DNA of 64,000 bases, from the NCBI GenBank assembly GCA_964441155.1, contig CAYYKL010000005.1, positions 4,434 through 68,433 of the forward strand, read 5' to 3'. Of the stretch, positions 63,946-64,000 are shown piece by piece. The notes below the pieces were generated by a model. The model made no database searches, was not told where the DNA came from, and saw nothing but the letters and a program-made list of their open reading frames with translations. The position numbers and the translations under genes were made by a program. This DNA comes from an uncultured Pseudomonadales bacterium. GTDB lineage: Bacteria; Patescibacteriota; Microgenomatia; UBA1400; RBG-16-45-19. Positions within the stretch are counted from its first letter, which is position 1. The number at the start of each line of letters is the position of its first letter.

Positions 63946-64000
63946 ACAATCAAGTGGTGCATGAAGCATTAACCCCGTGCTTGAGGTCCAAGCAGGGGGT

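Noticed and set aside
1-64000. tRNA genes and CRISPR arrays
   Set aside because: No T-loop GGTTCGAATCC-type motif with a matching acceptor stem was seen in ORF-free stretches. No regularly spaced direct repeats were found.

Overview
This 64 kb window looks like it comes from a small, reduced bacterial genome with about 43-45% GC. Compact genes, short EF-Ts, no pyrH and a salvage-heavy metabolism suggest a Patescibacteria/CPR-like organism, but that is inference. Nearly all the sequence is coding. The minus strand carries conserved housekeeping operons (dnaX-ybeY-rpsU, proS, rseP, frr-tsf-rpsB, folD, mreBCD-mrdA-dprA-topA, galU), and the plus strand carries def-fmt-nadD, secE-nusG and rplKAJL. 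Five stretches stand out.

1. **NDT/Rcl-like, B12 radical SAM, kinase-like operon (28.8-32.0 kb).** It sits divergent from tdk-tmk and looks like a candidate deoxynucleoside or nucleotide modification or analogue pathway. This is the best candidate for an undescribed system.
2. **XRE-controlled island (10.2-12.8 kb).** An HTH XRE regulator with a perfect palindromic operator is divergent from a four-gene operon: small ORF, HNH nuclease, extended PRTase-like protein, small ORF. It resembles a defense or toxin module.
3. **Nucleotide-metabolism supercluster (14.1-26.6 kb).** About 12.5 kb on one strand encodes three HD phosphohydrolases, a dNK, an APH-like kinase, hpt, PNP, pyrF, upp, pyrE, pyrD, a CodA-like amidohydrolase, and ArgG fused to an MGS-like domain.
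4. **Insertion splitting secE-nusG from rplKAJL (49.3-58.1 kb).** About 9 kb of secreted beta-helix and dockerin-like proteins plus an NfeD-SPFH pair interrupts the usually contiguous cluster.
5. **Non-coding features.** A dispersed roughly 70 bp imperfect-palindrome repeat occurs at least five times; a four-helix-bundle gene is flanked by perfect 15 bp inverted repeats; a yefM-yoeB pair carries an operator palindrome; and a promoter-plus-terminator unit upstream of rplJ suggests a small RNA on the minus strand.

No rRNA, tRNA or CRISPR array was recognised. Motif coordinates are approximate to within a few bases.
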